From Cystobasidiomycetes sp. EMM_F5 (taxonomy: Eukaryota), in contig JBPGPT010000030.1 of the NCBI GenBank assembly GCA_051047955.1, positions 62,001-126,000 of the forward strand: a stretch of 64,000 bases of DNA, written 5' to 3'. The notes below the pieces were generated by a model. That model saw only the letters and a program-made list of their open reading frames with translations. It did not search any database and was not told the DNA's origin. Within the stretch, counting starts at the first letter, position 1. Every line of letters starts with the position of its first letter. Made by a program: the position numbers and the translations under genes. Below are positions 1-12,077 of this stretch, in pieces.

Positions 1-862
1 CCGAAAGCTGGGCTCGCATCTCGGTGATCCACCCAGCTTGCTGCAAGGTGAGAAGGCTTTCGCGTTAGAACACCCAGCAGAACCGAGCTGAACAACACCG
101 TCACAGTATTCCGCAACATCGGTAATGGTCTCGTTGTCGATCTCGGTAGTGGACTCGGCCGCTTCCTTCTAGAAGTTGCGAGGACATGCCCACAAATGCG
201 CATCGAATTGCACGACAGAAAGGAGGTGATGGAACTAGCCGAAGATGTAAGTCTGTCGCTATCGCCGGAGAAATTCCTATTCTGACGTGACATTGCTTGA
301 ATGAACAGATGTGGTACCGATTGGCCCCACGTTCGGTTGTATCAAAGGCAGTCACTTTTATTCCGCATGATCTCATTTCGGATCAAAAGTACCCTAGGGC
401 GTCAACATACCTCATACGTAATCACTTGTGGGTTCGGCCTTGCGTGTCGCAATTCCACGCTGATGGGCTTACTGGGCAAACAGGGTACACTGGAATGACA
501 GCGATGTTTTGACGATCCTTAAGAAAGCGCGGGCGACGTCATTCAACAGCACAAAGCTATACGTGGAAGAATCGACGACCGATGACGAATTGCCGGCAGA
601 TCTTTCCTTCCTACCAGAACACGTACAGCATGCTCTACTACCCATCATCGATCAAGTATCACACAATGCCGACCGCGTACAGCACTTATTGGACGTGGCG
701 ACGTTGCTGGGGGGAAGCGGACGTAAACGAACGATGATTGAGCTTTGCCTCCTGCTCGATCAGGCGGGATGGGTGGTCAACAAGATTGACAATAGCTCTG
801 GCGGGCGATGCAAGATATTCTTTTGCCGACCCAAGCCAGCCGTCAAGGTGGATGATGATTAG
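1..862 (+). CDS. O-methyltransferase (Methyltransf_2 / COMT-like), 5' part outside the window
   Basis: Manual splicing (introns about 247-309 and 429-483) gives ...FRNIGNGLVVDLGSGLGRFLLEVARTCPQMRIELHDRKEVMELAED / MWYRLAP...VTFIPHDLISDQKYPRASTYLIRNHL / VHWNDSDVLTILKKARAT...GRKRTMIELCLLLDQAGWVVNKI. This contains the SAM motif VVDLGSGLG and the C-terminal GKERT..AGW signature of fungal OMTs. Confidence 0.8.
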
Positions 863-1194
863 GGTGAGGGGCATTTGCAAAATGGGGATGCTGGTTGCAT
901 GAATGGTAACGAAGAAGTAGACGGTAGTTTTTTCCTTAGATGTTGTTGATATTTACGTACTACGTTGGTTTTCTTCTGCATTACGTACGCTGGATGTATG
1001 CAGGACAAGGCAATGCAAAACCCCCCCGGTTTGGATGGGAGTATTCGCTCGATGCTGTTGCAGCCATTGCGTGTGAACATTTCCAGACTTTTCAGCGCCA
1101 TTCAATCGCACCACAGTTTACGCTTGATTTTTTGCAAACGAAAGTCCATTGCTGTGCTAAAACAGGACCGGCAACAAACTAATGTCCATTTAAT

Positions 1195-2145
1195 TTAAAA
1201 GCCCTTGTCGTATCCGCCTGACTTGTAAAAGGTCTGCATACGCGTAACGATGGATTGGAGAGCAGCCAGATAGTCGGCCATTTGTTGCTGAGTTCCTCCG
1301 ACTTTGGGATAGAAGTTTGCTCTGTACGGACAAGCCTTCATCGCCACCTGCGGAGACAAGCGAGACAAGTCAGCGATAGCGTGATTCAGCTGAGTGACAC
1401 GTTAAGCTTACGCTGAAGATACCCTTGACGACAAAGTTGTGGTACTGCTTGAGCGTGTTGTTGTAGGATGATGTGAAGGAGGTTGCCAGCTCTTCAGACT
1501 GGTTGTCGTGGTTGATTTTGAGACCTTGGGCGGTGAAGTCGAGTCCGCTACACTCATGCCATCAAGAGTAAGTATCACTTCAATGGCGGGGGACATAGTA
1601 TCAGCCTACCGCAGCAGCCACATCAAACCTTCTGTAGCTGTTCGCTTCTTTTCTGGCTTCTCATTGATGACCAGCTCTTCGAGCGTCTCCGACTGAGCAG
1701 GGTGAGATAGCTGCCTCTCGCGGACTTTCTGTAACCCGCATAGACTTGACAGTAAGCGCGTCGCGTAATTGTGGGGTGCAGCCAGCGCGTACCTTGATGT
1801 TGCCGTTCATGTCGGACTTTACTGGTGCAAAGGCGGTAGAGCCAAGAATGTCTGGGAATGACAGTGTAGCAGTGCATATATTTGATACCGAGTTAGCTGT
1901 ACCAGTCCTACATTTCGGTGCAACATGTCTAAACTGACCAAACAGCTTTACCACATCTTCGCAGGCCTCGAGGAATTCGCTCGTCTTCACACCCTTGTCT
2001 GTGACTGCCACGTTCTGGAAGGGCTACATTCGTAGGATGAGATGAATCCGTCAGGCTTGCGGATTACAATGCTGCGACTGGCGCGCGCGGTCAGCCAACT
2101 TACGCGCTTGCACAGTTCGAAAAAGGTCTTGTCTGATTCTGCCAT
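1195..2145 (-). CDS. Glycolipid transfer protein (GLTP / HET-C2-like)
   Basis: Multi-exon: MAESDKTFFELCKR / PFQNVAVTDKGVKTSEFLEACEDVVKLF / DILGSTAFAPVKSDMNGNIK ... VAMKACPYRANFY...GGYDKGF*. These are characteristic GLTP motifs. Confidence 0.9.
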
Positions 2146-2383
2146 GGTGGTAGGTCTGGGACGCCGTCAGTGTGTGTGCCAGTGCAAGCTATGTGAGTAA
2201 TGCAGACCTTTTGCAGAGTGCGCGTAGTCCGTTAGCAGGTCTGGTGAGCTCGATTGATGAATGGTCGAGGTTGTAGAAGTCGACTGGGAGGTTTCCGGGT
2301 TGCCAAAGCAGCAAACAATTCAAATAACACTGCTGCACACTGCACGAATATCTGCACATTCTGCACCGTAGACGTACAAGGCC

Positions 2384-2758
2384 ATGGCTCAGGGTGTACG
2401 GGCTGCTTTGCGGCATTCAAACAGCTCTGGAAATGGCTGATTTGGGCAACAACGACGCAGGCAGGAGTGGTAGCAGCGCTCTTCAGACGCAACTCTGTCT
2501 ATGTCGGCAGCATATTCGTCGGAGCCTTCGCATTCGGGATTGGCTTTGACCTGCTCATGACAAAGTACTGGGAGGTGAGCAGTCGAACGAAGAGCCGTGC
2601 AGAGGCATCGCAAGGACTGAAGCCCCGCTCTCTTCGCAGACGCACAACAAGGGCAAGCTGTGGAAAGATATCCGGCACAAGGTGGGATCCAGTCTGATAG
2701 ACCGTCTGGCTTTTCGCTGACCGTGCTTTGTGCCCTCCAGTACGTGCAAGAGCAATGA
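2384..2758 (+). CDS. QCR9: Cytochrome b-c1 complex subunit 9
   Basis: LFRRNSVYVGSIFVGAFAFGIGFDLLMTKYWE / THNKGKLWKDIRHK / YVQEQ* after removing GT-AG introns. The first exon and start are uncertain. Confidence 0.88.
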
Positions 2759-3200
2759 CAGACGCAGGCAGCGGGAATGGGGCGAGGGTAGATGGAGTGA
2801 AATGCTCAGGCTGAGCTCCTCGGACGAGGACTCTGCGAGCATACCTGTACACCGTAGCGCGCTATCTGTACAGCCGGCCAATGAACGAGTTCAGATTTGA
2901 TCAAGGCTTTTCTCCGCCAGCGCCAGAACCGGCAAGCTCTTCATCGGTCTGTGATTTGCGACAGCAGTTTGGACGCGGTACAACAGACCTCCATCCTGTC
3001 GCTAGACTGGTCCTGTGAGCTTGCTGCCGGTATACCATGTGCCCGATCAAGCTCGGTCCATGAAGGCATCATTCGGAATCACCGACGGCCGTCCGCTTCT
3101 ACTAAAATTAACATGGTGTGCTTTTCTGCTTCTTCCATCTTTAACTCCCAAAAACCTGCCAGTGCTCACCTAGTCCACCAGCTGACACTCACAACACGGC

Positions 3201-4296
3201 ATGGCTACCATCGCCCAAAATGTGGCACAATCCCTCAAGAAGGCCGTAAACTCGTTTGCAACTGACAACTTTACCACGTCTGGTGCAAGCGGCCTGTACG
3301 ACCGTGCAAGGCCATCATACCCTGTCGAGGCAGTCGAAAAGTTTTTGTCGGTGTTGGGTACAAAGACGAATGCTCACATTGTCGAAGTGTAGGTTATCAG
3401 AATAGATTATATAGACGGCCAATCGCACCATCCGGTTGACGCTTGCACGCGCTTTCCGATATTCAGCGGCGCCGGGACTGGCATCTTCACACAGTGTCTG
3501 GTCCGCTCTCCCACAGCCGCTCAACGTGTAGCCAAAATTACAGCCGTAGAGCCCTCTACTGGAATGCGTCAGTCGTTCAACAGCAGTTCAGCACTGAAAC
3601 AGACTGCGGGAAAGCGACCAGAAGCAATCATTGTTGATGGGAGCTTCGCTGAGATTCCCGCTGATTCTCGGAGTATTGATATCGTGGTCGGTGAGGAGTA
3701 ATACCCATTTTCCCATGCCGTCTAGGAGGTGAAATAGTTAATCTTCTTCGAAACGTAGGCGCGCAGTGCTTTCATTGGTCTCATCCGGACTATGCATCCT
3801 CCGTCGCCGAGTTTGCTCGAGTCTTGAAGCCTGGAGGAACACTCGCATTCATCTGGAATCTCGAGGACCGCGAACGTTCACGATGGATAGCTAGCGTCAG
3901 AGATGTATACGAAGCGTACGAGCAGGACACTCCACAATACCGTCGCGGATGGTGGAAGGAAGTGTTTGAGACTGCAGAGTACAAGGAGAATTTCGAGCCG
4001 GCTCAGCGCTTCGACTTTCAGGTCATTCACCCTACGACTGAGCAGGGCGTCATTGATAGAGTCTTGTCGAAATCCTACATTACTAGTCAGACTGCGCAGG
4101 AGCAGACCAAGATTGCGGAAAAGATTAGGGAAATCCTGAAGGATGGCAAAGACAGAATTTGGATTGACCAGGAGAAGGGTGAATTTGGTAAGTCTGGGCT
4201 CTCCATGGTGTGCAGTGCAAGCCCATGATGATTTCCCTCCGACTTGCAGAATATCCGTACCAGACAAACCTCTACATCATGCAAAGGAAGGCATGA
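3201..4296 (+). CDS. Class I SAM-dependent methyltransferase (Methyltransf_11-like)
   Basis: Motifs LYDRARPSYP, GAGTGIFT, AVEPSTGMR, AQCFHW, EFARVLKPGGTLAFIWNLEDR; last exon EYPYQTNLYIMQRKA*. Confidence 0.85.
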
Positions 4297-4484
4297 ATAG
4301 GTGGACTAAAATTACAGCAGCTTTGACACCGTCTGAAGACCACTAGCCTCTGCATTCTAGGATACAGATGGCGGAAACACAGATCGCCGCCCAACTAATG
4401 CTACTGCAGACTAATCCAAATATGCCCACTGATACTGAGTTCTAGACGGTCCACTTCCACCCCATTACTAGCTTCGAGACACCT

Positions 4485-7400
4485 TCACGGGATCCACTCT
4501 GGTTCGTATCCTTCTATTTGACCATCATAGGTCATTGCTTCTCGATCGTCCGCATACAAACGCCCAAATTCGAGGTACTGGCGGAAAGTGAATGCTTCCA
4601 TATCCTCGTAACGGAAATAGTCGCGAGCCCATTCTTTTCCGGCTACCGCGATATCCCGACCTAAATGGTCGTGCGCTCCTTCTCCTTTTGGCCCACCACG
4701 GAAGAAGGACATGACATCCCATAGATCTGAATAGTCAACCTGCACTGGGATGAAATGCAGCCAGGCTGAGCCACAATAAGAAGGTCAGAGAATCTGGTGA
4801 TTGCCGATGAGGAATTGGGCGATTACTCACGGACTGCCCAATCGGTCCAAAATTCGCGGTAAATGGTAGCTTTGACGACCGCTGCATTGCTCGACATCAA
4901 CCTCTGGAAGCGACCCGACCACGAGTTACCTATCGGTGGATTGAAGTCAGATATCTGATAGACCTCCAGAAGCAGCAATCTCTGCCTTACCATCAAAATC
5001 GCCAACGTATTTGTACAAGCTTGCGCGCTCGAAGCTGAGTCGCGGCTCGTAGCCGTTGAAGACTTTGGTCATCTCATCGCAAGTCCCGTCCTCCTTGATA
5101 CATTGAACAGCAGGACCAACGAAGCCAGTATCCAGGTAAAGCGGATTGATTTGTACGTTTGGCACCGCCATCGTTGAGACAATGTCATTCTTGTCGGTCA
5201 CGGTTATATTGCGAGTACCCTTCTCATAGTGCGATAAGATGTGTAAACGAGCGCGATGGGATGATTTCCAGGCAGCGTACTTGTCATACAATGGACCCGA
5301 TGTCTGACCTCGCCATACCAAGCGATCGAAAGGCCTTTCTTCCCAAGTAGGATCGTATCGACTTTCCATTCCAAATTGCTCAGTGATGATGCAGTGAATA
5401 TCGCCGAAGTGGCTCTGTACGCCGGCCGTGAAAAGTGGCATTGTGACTGACGGGTGCCACGGAAAGACGTATGACGAGGACGAATGGTAGTGCCTGTATT
5501 GCGGGCTATCGCACACATCCATGTACTTGTAGAATGAATCGATGACGGTTCCGACAGCACCCTCTGGTTGTGCTGGCATTTCGGTTCCATCCCACGCCCG
5601 GCTAGACTCGCCGTAATCGAAGCCTGGAGCGCGAGCAGCCGAGTCCGGAGGACATATGGTACGCATGCCCCACCCAGGTTCGATGGACTTGACGCGTGGT
5701 CGCATATCAGTATCAAATTCGTCGTAGTGTTGATCTGACAGGCAGGTGAGTGTCAGCGAGTCCATGCTTTCAGGTATGGTGACGAGATGACTCACATTTT
5801 CCTGCCGCAACAAGATCATCAAGTCGCTGTCTCTCTTCCCATCCTACATTGATTCGGGCAGTATCGTGACCGTTGTAGACGATCTCCATGTCCGGCAGGT
5901 ATTTTGCATATTTCCGCAAGAGATGTAAGACACCCTTAGCGCGGTCGTGGTGCTTCAGTTCGCCTTCCGCAGACGCTACACCGTCTTGTAAGCGGATCTG
6001 CCAGATGAAATCGGTCGTATTGGCTGCCTTTGCTATCCGAGCACGGAACTCGGGGCCGCTGAAAGCTCTGAAGATCCGCAAGTCGTCTTCAATCATGTTG
6101 AATTCGCTAATGTTATTACAGTTCGTCAGCCTTGCGATTTCGTTTGGAAAGATGCTAGTCAACTCACTCGATAAGCTGAACCTCGTGATATTTCGCAAAA
6201 GCGTACCACTTGTCAAAGCCCTTCGGTGGAAGTCGACCGTAGCGACGCTCGTACTCTCTTACAGCCTGGGCGAACGTCTTACTCTGCCTCTGCTTGAGAT
6301 GTGTCCACCTCTGTTTCGCTCTAGCCATTAGCATGGGTATGGGATGTTTCTCCCCTTCTTTGACGAGCATTCTTCCATCACGCCTCCCGCCTTCCCAGCT
6401 CTTGTATCTATTTGCTGCCGGGCCCGCTGAGCCTACAACAGCATTGACAGCAACGGGGTCGTTGACATCGACATCGAATGTCCCGTAGATTTTATCATTG
6501 GTTGTTGATCCACTACCAGGAAAGTATCGCTGCAGCTCGCCACTTCTTAGTTGCGCCCAGCTAAGTCCTTCCCGACCTGCTTTTGAAGAAGCATCCCTTA
6601 CATCGCGCAAGACATCCATGGTACTTTTGCGAGTTGCGCCGAGGGCATACACAAAGACTAGGAAGAAGACGATACTGACGAGCAGTACTTTTGATCGTCG
6701 AAAAAGAATTCTTATGAAGGCGAAGGGGAAGAAGATGATTCTCGCCAGAGCCGCTGCGAGGGTGGCGATCGGATTGCTGGATGTCGTTGCCGAGGGCCTC
6801 GAGTATATCGTATCATCTTTGGGTTTAGATGAGAGCAGTCGTCGTGTGTTCGATGCGTCAGGATGACCTCGGCTCGCTGAGACGAAGGGAGCCAGGTACG
6901 CGCTAGCCCCGAGAGACGGGCTCAAATGACCGCTATTCTTGCTGCCCAGCTTTGGCGTAAATAGTCCAGTCAATGTAGCAGAAGGCGCTGAACCGCCGCG
7001 TTGATGATTCGCAATACGCCCTGTTGTAGGTCTGGTGGCTGTATCATCGTATTCGTGCGAGCCGATGCCTGGACTTCGGCGCATAATGCGGTTCCCCCAA
7101 ACATCCTCACTTGTCACTGTGAACGGCAGGCGAGGTGATAGCATTATTACTTTTTCAGCCGCCCAGCTTAGCCAGTTATTGGGTCTCGAAACGGGTATGG
7201 CCTGCTTCAGTCTTTTTCTGTCCCTTCCGGGATGAGATGCAGATGTACGAATCGACGGTAGAGTGGGCGAAATGGGCGAAACAGGTACGTGGAGAGAGTG
7301 TGCTGGTCGCTGCTGAGCCTGATGGAAAGGTGGTGATGATAATGTCGGCGTTGTCGCCGGAGACGGAGGTACGTGAAGCTTGACTGACGAGTCTCCCAAA

Positions 7401-7777
7401 GGACGCTGGTACTGGTGTATTGTCGGATGCTTGCTTCCAGACGACCTGTTGCGAACGTGTTGTCCAGTCCTGTATGGGTGAAAGCGAGAAGAGGGAGTAT
7501 TCGGCAAGATAACCGTACTCGTCACTGACGTTCCGCTGTCACCAAAGTGCTCCCAGTCGTTGTGAGCTTGAATGGGTGTCGTGGATTCCACACCGTGTTG
7601 TCGTAGTTGCAGCGGAGGAGGCCGCTGAGCACTCCCTCTTCTGACGGGGGGACTCGTTGGAGGGTGGCTGTCGGAGGTCTGCAGAGGGCCAGACGAACTG
7701 CTTGACCCACTGTTGTGATGGTTGTCGAGTATAATTCGTTCCTGTCGTTCCTGCTCTTGCTGGTCGTAGCCTACCAT
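4485..7777 (-). CDS. Glycosyltransferase family 90 (CAP10 / Cxt1-like xylosyltransferase), type II membrane protein
   Basis: TM segment LLVSIVFFLVFVYAL; HPIPMLMARAKQRW..QSKTFAQAVREYERRYGRLPPKGFDKW; LVWRGQTSG; YKYVGDFDGNSWSGRFQRLMSSNAAVVKATIYREFW; HFIPVQVDYSDLWD. Confidence 0.9.
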
Positions 7778-8385
7778 TTTTGGCCGATGAGTGGGCGGGC
7801 TGCACCTGCCAAAACGGAGCACGGCTCAGAAGGGTCAGCGATGAGCATACAGACTGCACGGCTCAGCAGACTGCAGTCAGTGAGTGCGTCAGTATGCGCC
7901 TCAGCCTCTGCGTTCAGCTCAGCCTGGCCTAGTTGTCCCCCGTTTTCAGCACTCAAGACACTCCGTTCCGATTCAGTTGACCGTCATTAGCGGGCGTCTG
8001 GGAGCTCGACACCAGCTTTGACAGCGTTGACAGTGTTGCTGGTGATGAATGTACAGCGAATAGGCCATATTGCAAAGTCCTTAAGCAGGCAGTTTGAGTG
8101 AATTCAAAGGAGGGTCCGCAGGTGTAAAAGTCGCAAAGCTTGGGCTCAAAACAGGCTGGAAACGAGAGAAACTTGCGGGCTTTTGAGGCAGACTACACAG
8201 CAGTCACACAGCTAAAGGTATGTTCATTGTATGTTTTTGAAACGCATCCTCATTTTAAGCGAGGTGGCGGCTATCAGACCCGAAAAAGGTCAAATCCGTT
8301 GAGCTTTCGACGACCTGTTGCAGTCCCGTGCTGGCTTGCCCTCTGATGCCTCGTAGCTCTGCTCCAGGTCCCCTCTCCCCTTTCC

Positions 8386-11300
8386 ATGTCTGGAGTCCAA
8401 GCTCTTTCCGAGACTAATCTGCCCGAAGGCCCCGCTAATCTCGCAGCGTCAACGTCTGGCACGTCGACAACCGCAGCTGGCAAGCGTAAACGTCTGGATC
8501 CAGAAGTCGGAAAGGTTTGGTTGTGCGACTATCCGGGTTGCGGAAAGAGCTTTGTGCGAAGTGACCACCTCGGGTGGGTCGGCGCAAGTCAAGAAACGGC
8601 AGATGCTGATTGTCAAAGTTGATCTCAAATCAGACGACACAAACGAAATCGTAATTGATGAATAGACTGGAACCGCCCTCCTACCCCTATAGACTAACGC
8701 TCGTGTCGCCAGATTCCGACAAGGAGACCTATACGTGCACCCGCTGCCCGATTGCACGTACTTTTGTGCGGGGTAAGCTGAACATCAGTCATATTGACCA
8801 CACACCGTTGACTGTGAACTGGCTCACCCTTTCTCCCCGCAGCCGACTTACTCAAAAGACACGAAGAACGTCATGACAAGCGAGAAGCTTCTGGCCAACA
8901 ATCTGTGAAACCTGGAAGGATCAAAGGTGCAAACAGCCGCCGAAAGGATCCCGAAGTCTTGTTATTAGACGAGGGACCTGCTCCTCCACCGGCTGCCTGG
9001 CAGCCAAGCACAGATCCTATAGCCGGACCGTCGTCGAGTGTCTTACCCACTGCTGAAGAAATCACAGCTGCTCTCCAAAGTGTCTCATCAGCTCCATTAT
9101 CTGCCAGCAGCTCTTCTAACGGTCTGGCACTACCACCTCCTCTTGACTCTCAGTCACAGCCTTCTACGCTATCAACGCCATTCACGCAGCCCGGTAACGA
9201 TTCTTACAACGCTGACCGTAAGCATGGCACCCAACTTTTCTGTGTCCTGCTAAATCTGTCTTCACCTTCTGATGTTGTGAAGGCATCACAAGCCTTCTGG
9301 CGCCTCAGCGGCAAAGGTCGCCGTCGCCCTCCTTCAGTGGTGCAAATATTCTTCTCGATTTCAACAACTTTTTGACGCCATCGCTTCACGTCACACACAA
9401 CGACGCTAGACTCGCAACAGCCAGTCTATCCGTGCCTAACATCACCAACAATGGACTTGCTACTCCCGCTAGTCAAGTTGCACCCGCTACAGCTTCCCCC
9501 GGTGCATTTGCCGGAGTCGGCGTGCATGCGGATGCACCCTTCCTTTCGCACGAGGAGACAAATTGGCTCTTTACGTATGGTAGCAATTCAAACATGCAAA
9601 CTACACCGAATATTCCGCTACCGCCTGATCTGGCTTCGGCCGTATCAATGCAAATGCATCAGCGGAGAATGACATTTCCGGGCTCCATTCCTCAATCCAT
9701 CTTGAAGAATCCGTATGGCACAGTCACTAGTACTGCTACTCCGTCCGCGAGGAAACAAACACATTTTGTGGATGATCACCTTCAGCCTCTTCGTCAAAAC
9801 ACAGACCCTACACCTCTACCTTCTTCGAATCCGCCGATCCAGCATCAGCAGCATACACAGTATATACACCCAATTCCTCTGGTTGTCGACGTTACTGCGC
9901 AAGCTAGAGAGAGGTTACTGCAGTATCTGCAGGTAAGGCATGCTCCACTAAGATGCTGCAGTTGGCTGAGCAGTCGCCGGTCCTGCAGCCTTTGCGCGAC
10001 TTGAGTCAGGATGTCCTATTCAGTATAGCCAATCTCAGCGAGTATCTGCATCGCTTCCTGGAGTGGGACATGTCGCATTACTCTCTCCTACACCGCCCCA
10101 CTTTCCAGTGAGTCGGAGGCGCATTCCTGAAATGTGCTCTTACGACTTTTGGACTGATGAGATGATTTGTATCATGTTCGTGATGCACAGATCCGAAGAA
10201 ATTGACCCTGCACTGCTTTGTGCGGTGATCACGATTGGCTGCTTTTTCACCAGCACCGATGCTTATGAGCTAGGAAATGACATCCACCGCTTCAACCTGC
10301 AGACTCTTCTTGCGTCTCCTAAGTTCAAAGCTCGAGCGGATCTGTCGACCATTCAGGCGACCTTGCTGATAAGCATTTATGGACGTACTATGTCAACAAT
10401 CGAGATCCACGAACATACGCACATGCTCTATCCGGCTTTCCAGATTATGTATCGTCGAAGTGGAATATACAGCGATTCGTCATCACAGAATGAAGCGACT
10501 GCCCCAACCGACCATACTGAACACTGGAAAGCTTGGCGACACGAAGAAAGCAGTCGCAGAGCTGCTTTCGCGTCGTACGCCTTCGATATTCTCTGCTCGA
10601 TGATTTTCAGACAGACTGCAATTCTGTCGGCGTTTCAAATCTCCCTGACCCTCCCCTGTAATGAAGACGAATGGCACGCAGCAAGCGCAGCGGAATGGCA
10701 TCGTCGATATACCACAGCACCGAAGCCGCCTTCATTTCTACCTACTCTCAAAGCTTTCCTGGTGCCTGGGCTGACTTCACCGGATATCAGTCCCTTAGCG
10801 CGCAGTATATGTCTGCTTGGTCTGCTTAGCGTGGCTTTCGACATGCAGTGGCGCGAGTTCTTCCTCCTTGGGTTGTCCACACATCCGGACGGGCTTGTGA
10901 AAGAGTGGAGACTTACATTAGTAAGCGACGTCTATGCAGGCAATGGAGGCGTATATTTGATACGCTTTGGTCTACAGACATCGGCTTACAATTGTTGGAA
11001 ATCGCGCTTCGATGCTGCTCTAACCAACGACCCGGCAGCCTTGGGCACACAGCTCTTGCGCAACGCCATTCCGATCTACGCCATCGCGCACTGCACACTC
11101 GCTATCGATATCGACGACTTGCAGATATTTGCGGGTGCGAAGCGAGCTCTTGGTTTACCCGTCGTGCGTAGTGGCCTAGGAGATTCTGCAGCGGCTTTCC
11201 AAGACGCTGAATGCAATCTTCTCTTCACAGAATATAGCAGTCACCGAAGCAACGCGTCGAAGGGTTATTGGGTGGTCCGGCACAAAGGGCAAAGAAGCGG

Positions 11301-11779
11301 CATGGCATGCTGCCCACTTTCTCCGAGCCAATCTACTGACACGCCGACCTATCTCGGATGGCCGTGTTCATCCGTCATACCTCGGCTGGTGTCTGTACTT
11401 GGCCGCGCTTTGTGTGCACGCATATGCGACTGCAGTCACTGTAGCTCGCAGCGGTACTTTGAACGACGGTGATCGGTATATGGACCCACTGACGTACCTC
11501 GATGGGGTGAGTACATTACAAATGGCGGTCCGTTTTTACGAGCTGAACCGATATATGCGGTTACAAGCTGTGCACACCCACTCCGGATTCGCTAGGCGTC
11601 AGCGACATTGGCCGCCATCTGGGCTTAATGGATGCAGTACTGGATGTTCTAGCGGAAGATACGCGATGGGGAATCGGTAAGTGGTGTGCTTGTTTCAAGA
11701 AGAGACATGCAAAAGGCTGAGTAACTGAACAGCGGCCGAAGCGAGAGAAATCCTGGGCGGGATCCCGGGGGAGGGTTGA
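8386..11779 (+). CDS. C2H2 zinc-finger transcription factor with fungal-specific TF (Fungal_trans) domain
   Basis: Spliced fingers CDYPGCGKSFVRSDHLGRHKRNH and CTRCPIARTFVRADLLKRHEERH; middle homology region (IQATLLISIYG, WKAWRHEESSRRAAF, LTLPCNEDEWHAASAAEW). Confidence 0.85.
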
Positions 11780-12077
11780 GGCATCTACCTGTATTGCAGC
11801 AGTTCTATCGTGTATGGCGCATGTCGGTCACTGCCTACTTTCGTTGTTCAGAAGATGTGAAAATTTTTCATGTTGAAATGCTGTCCATCATTTCCTTCAC
11901 GTGCACTGCAAATTCATCGCGCTTCTTGCAGTACCGACCCGACGCTGGCTGCTGAGGACACAATACAAGCTGGTTGCTCGCAACTCGGCTGTACCCTCCA
12001 TCATCATCGAACAGCGGGCTGCTCTTGGACAGGCAATTGGCAGCCAAATCCAACGTTCCGCGTTCAAACAGCCAGTC

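Noticed and set aside
1195..2145. Heterokaryon-incompatibility locus, because GLTP is HET-C2-like
   Set aside because: An ordinary single GLTP; no HET-domain or NLR partner is visible in the window.
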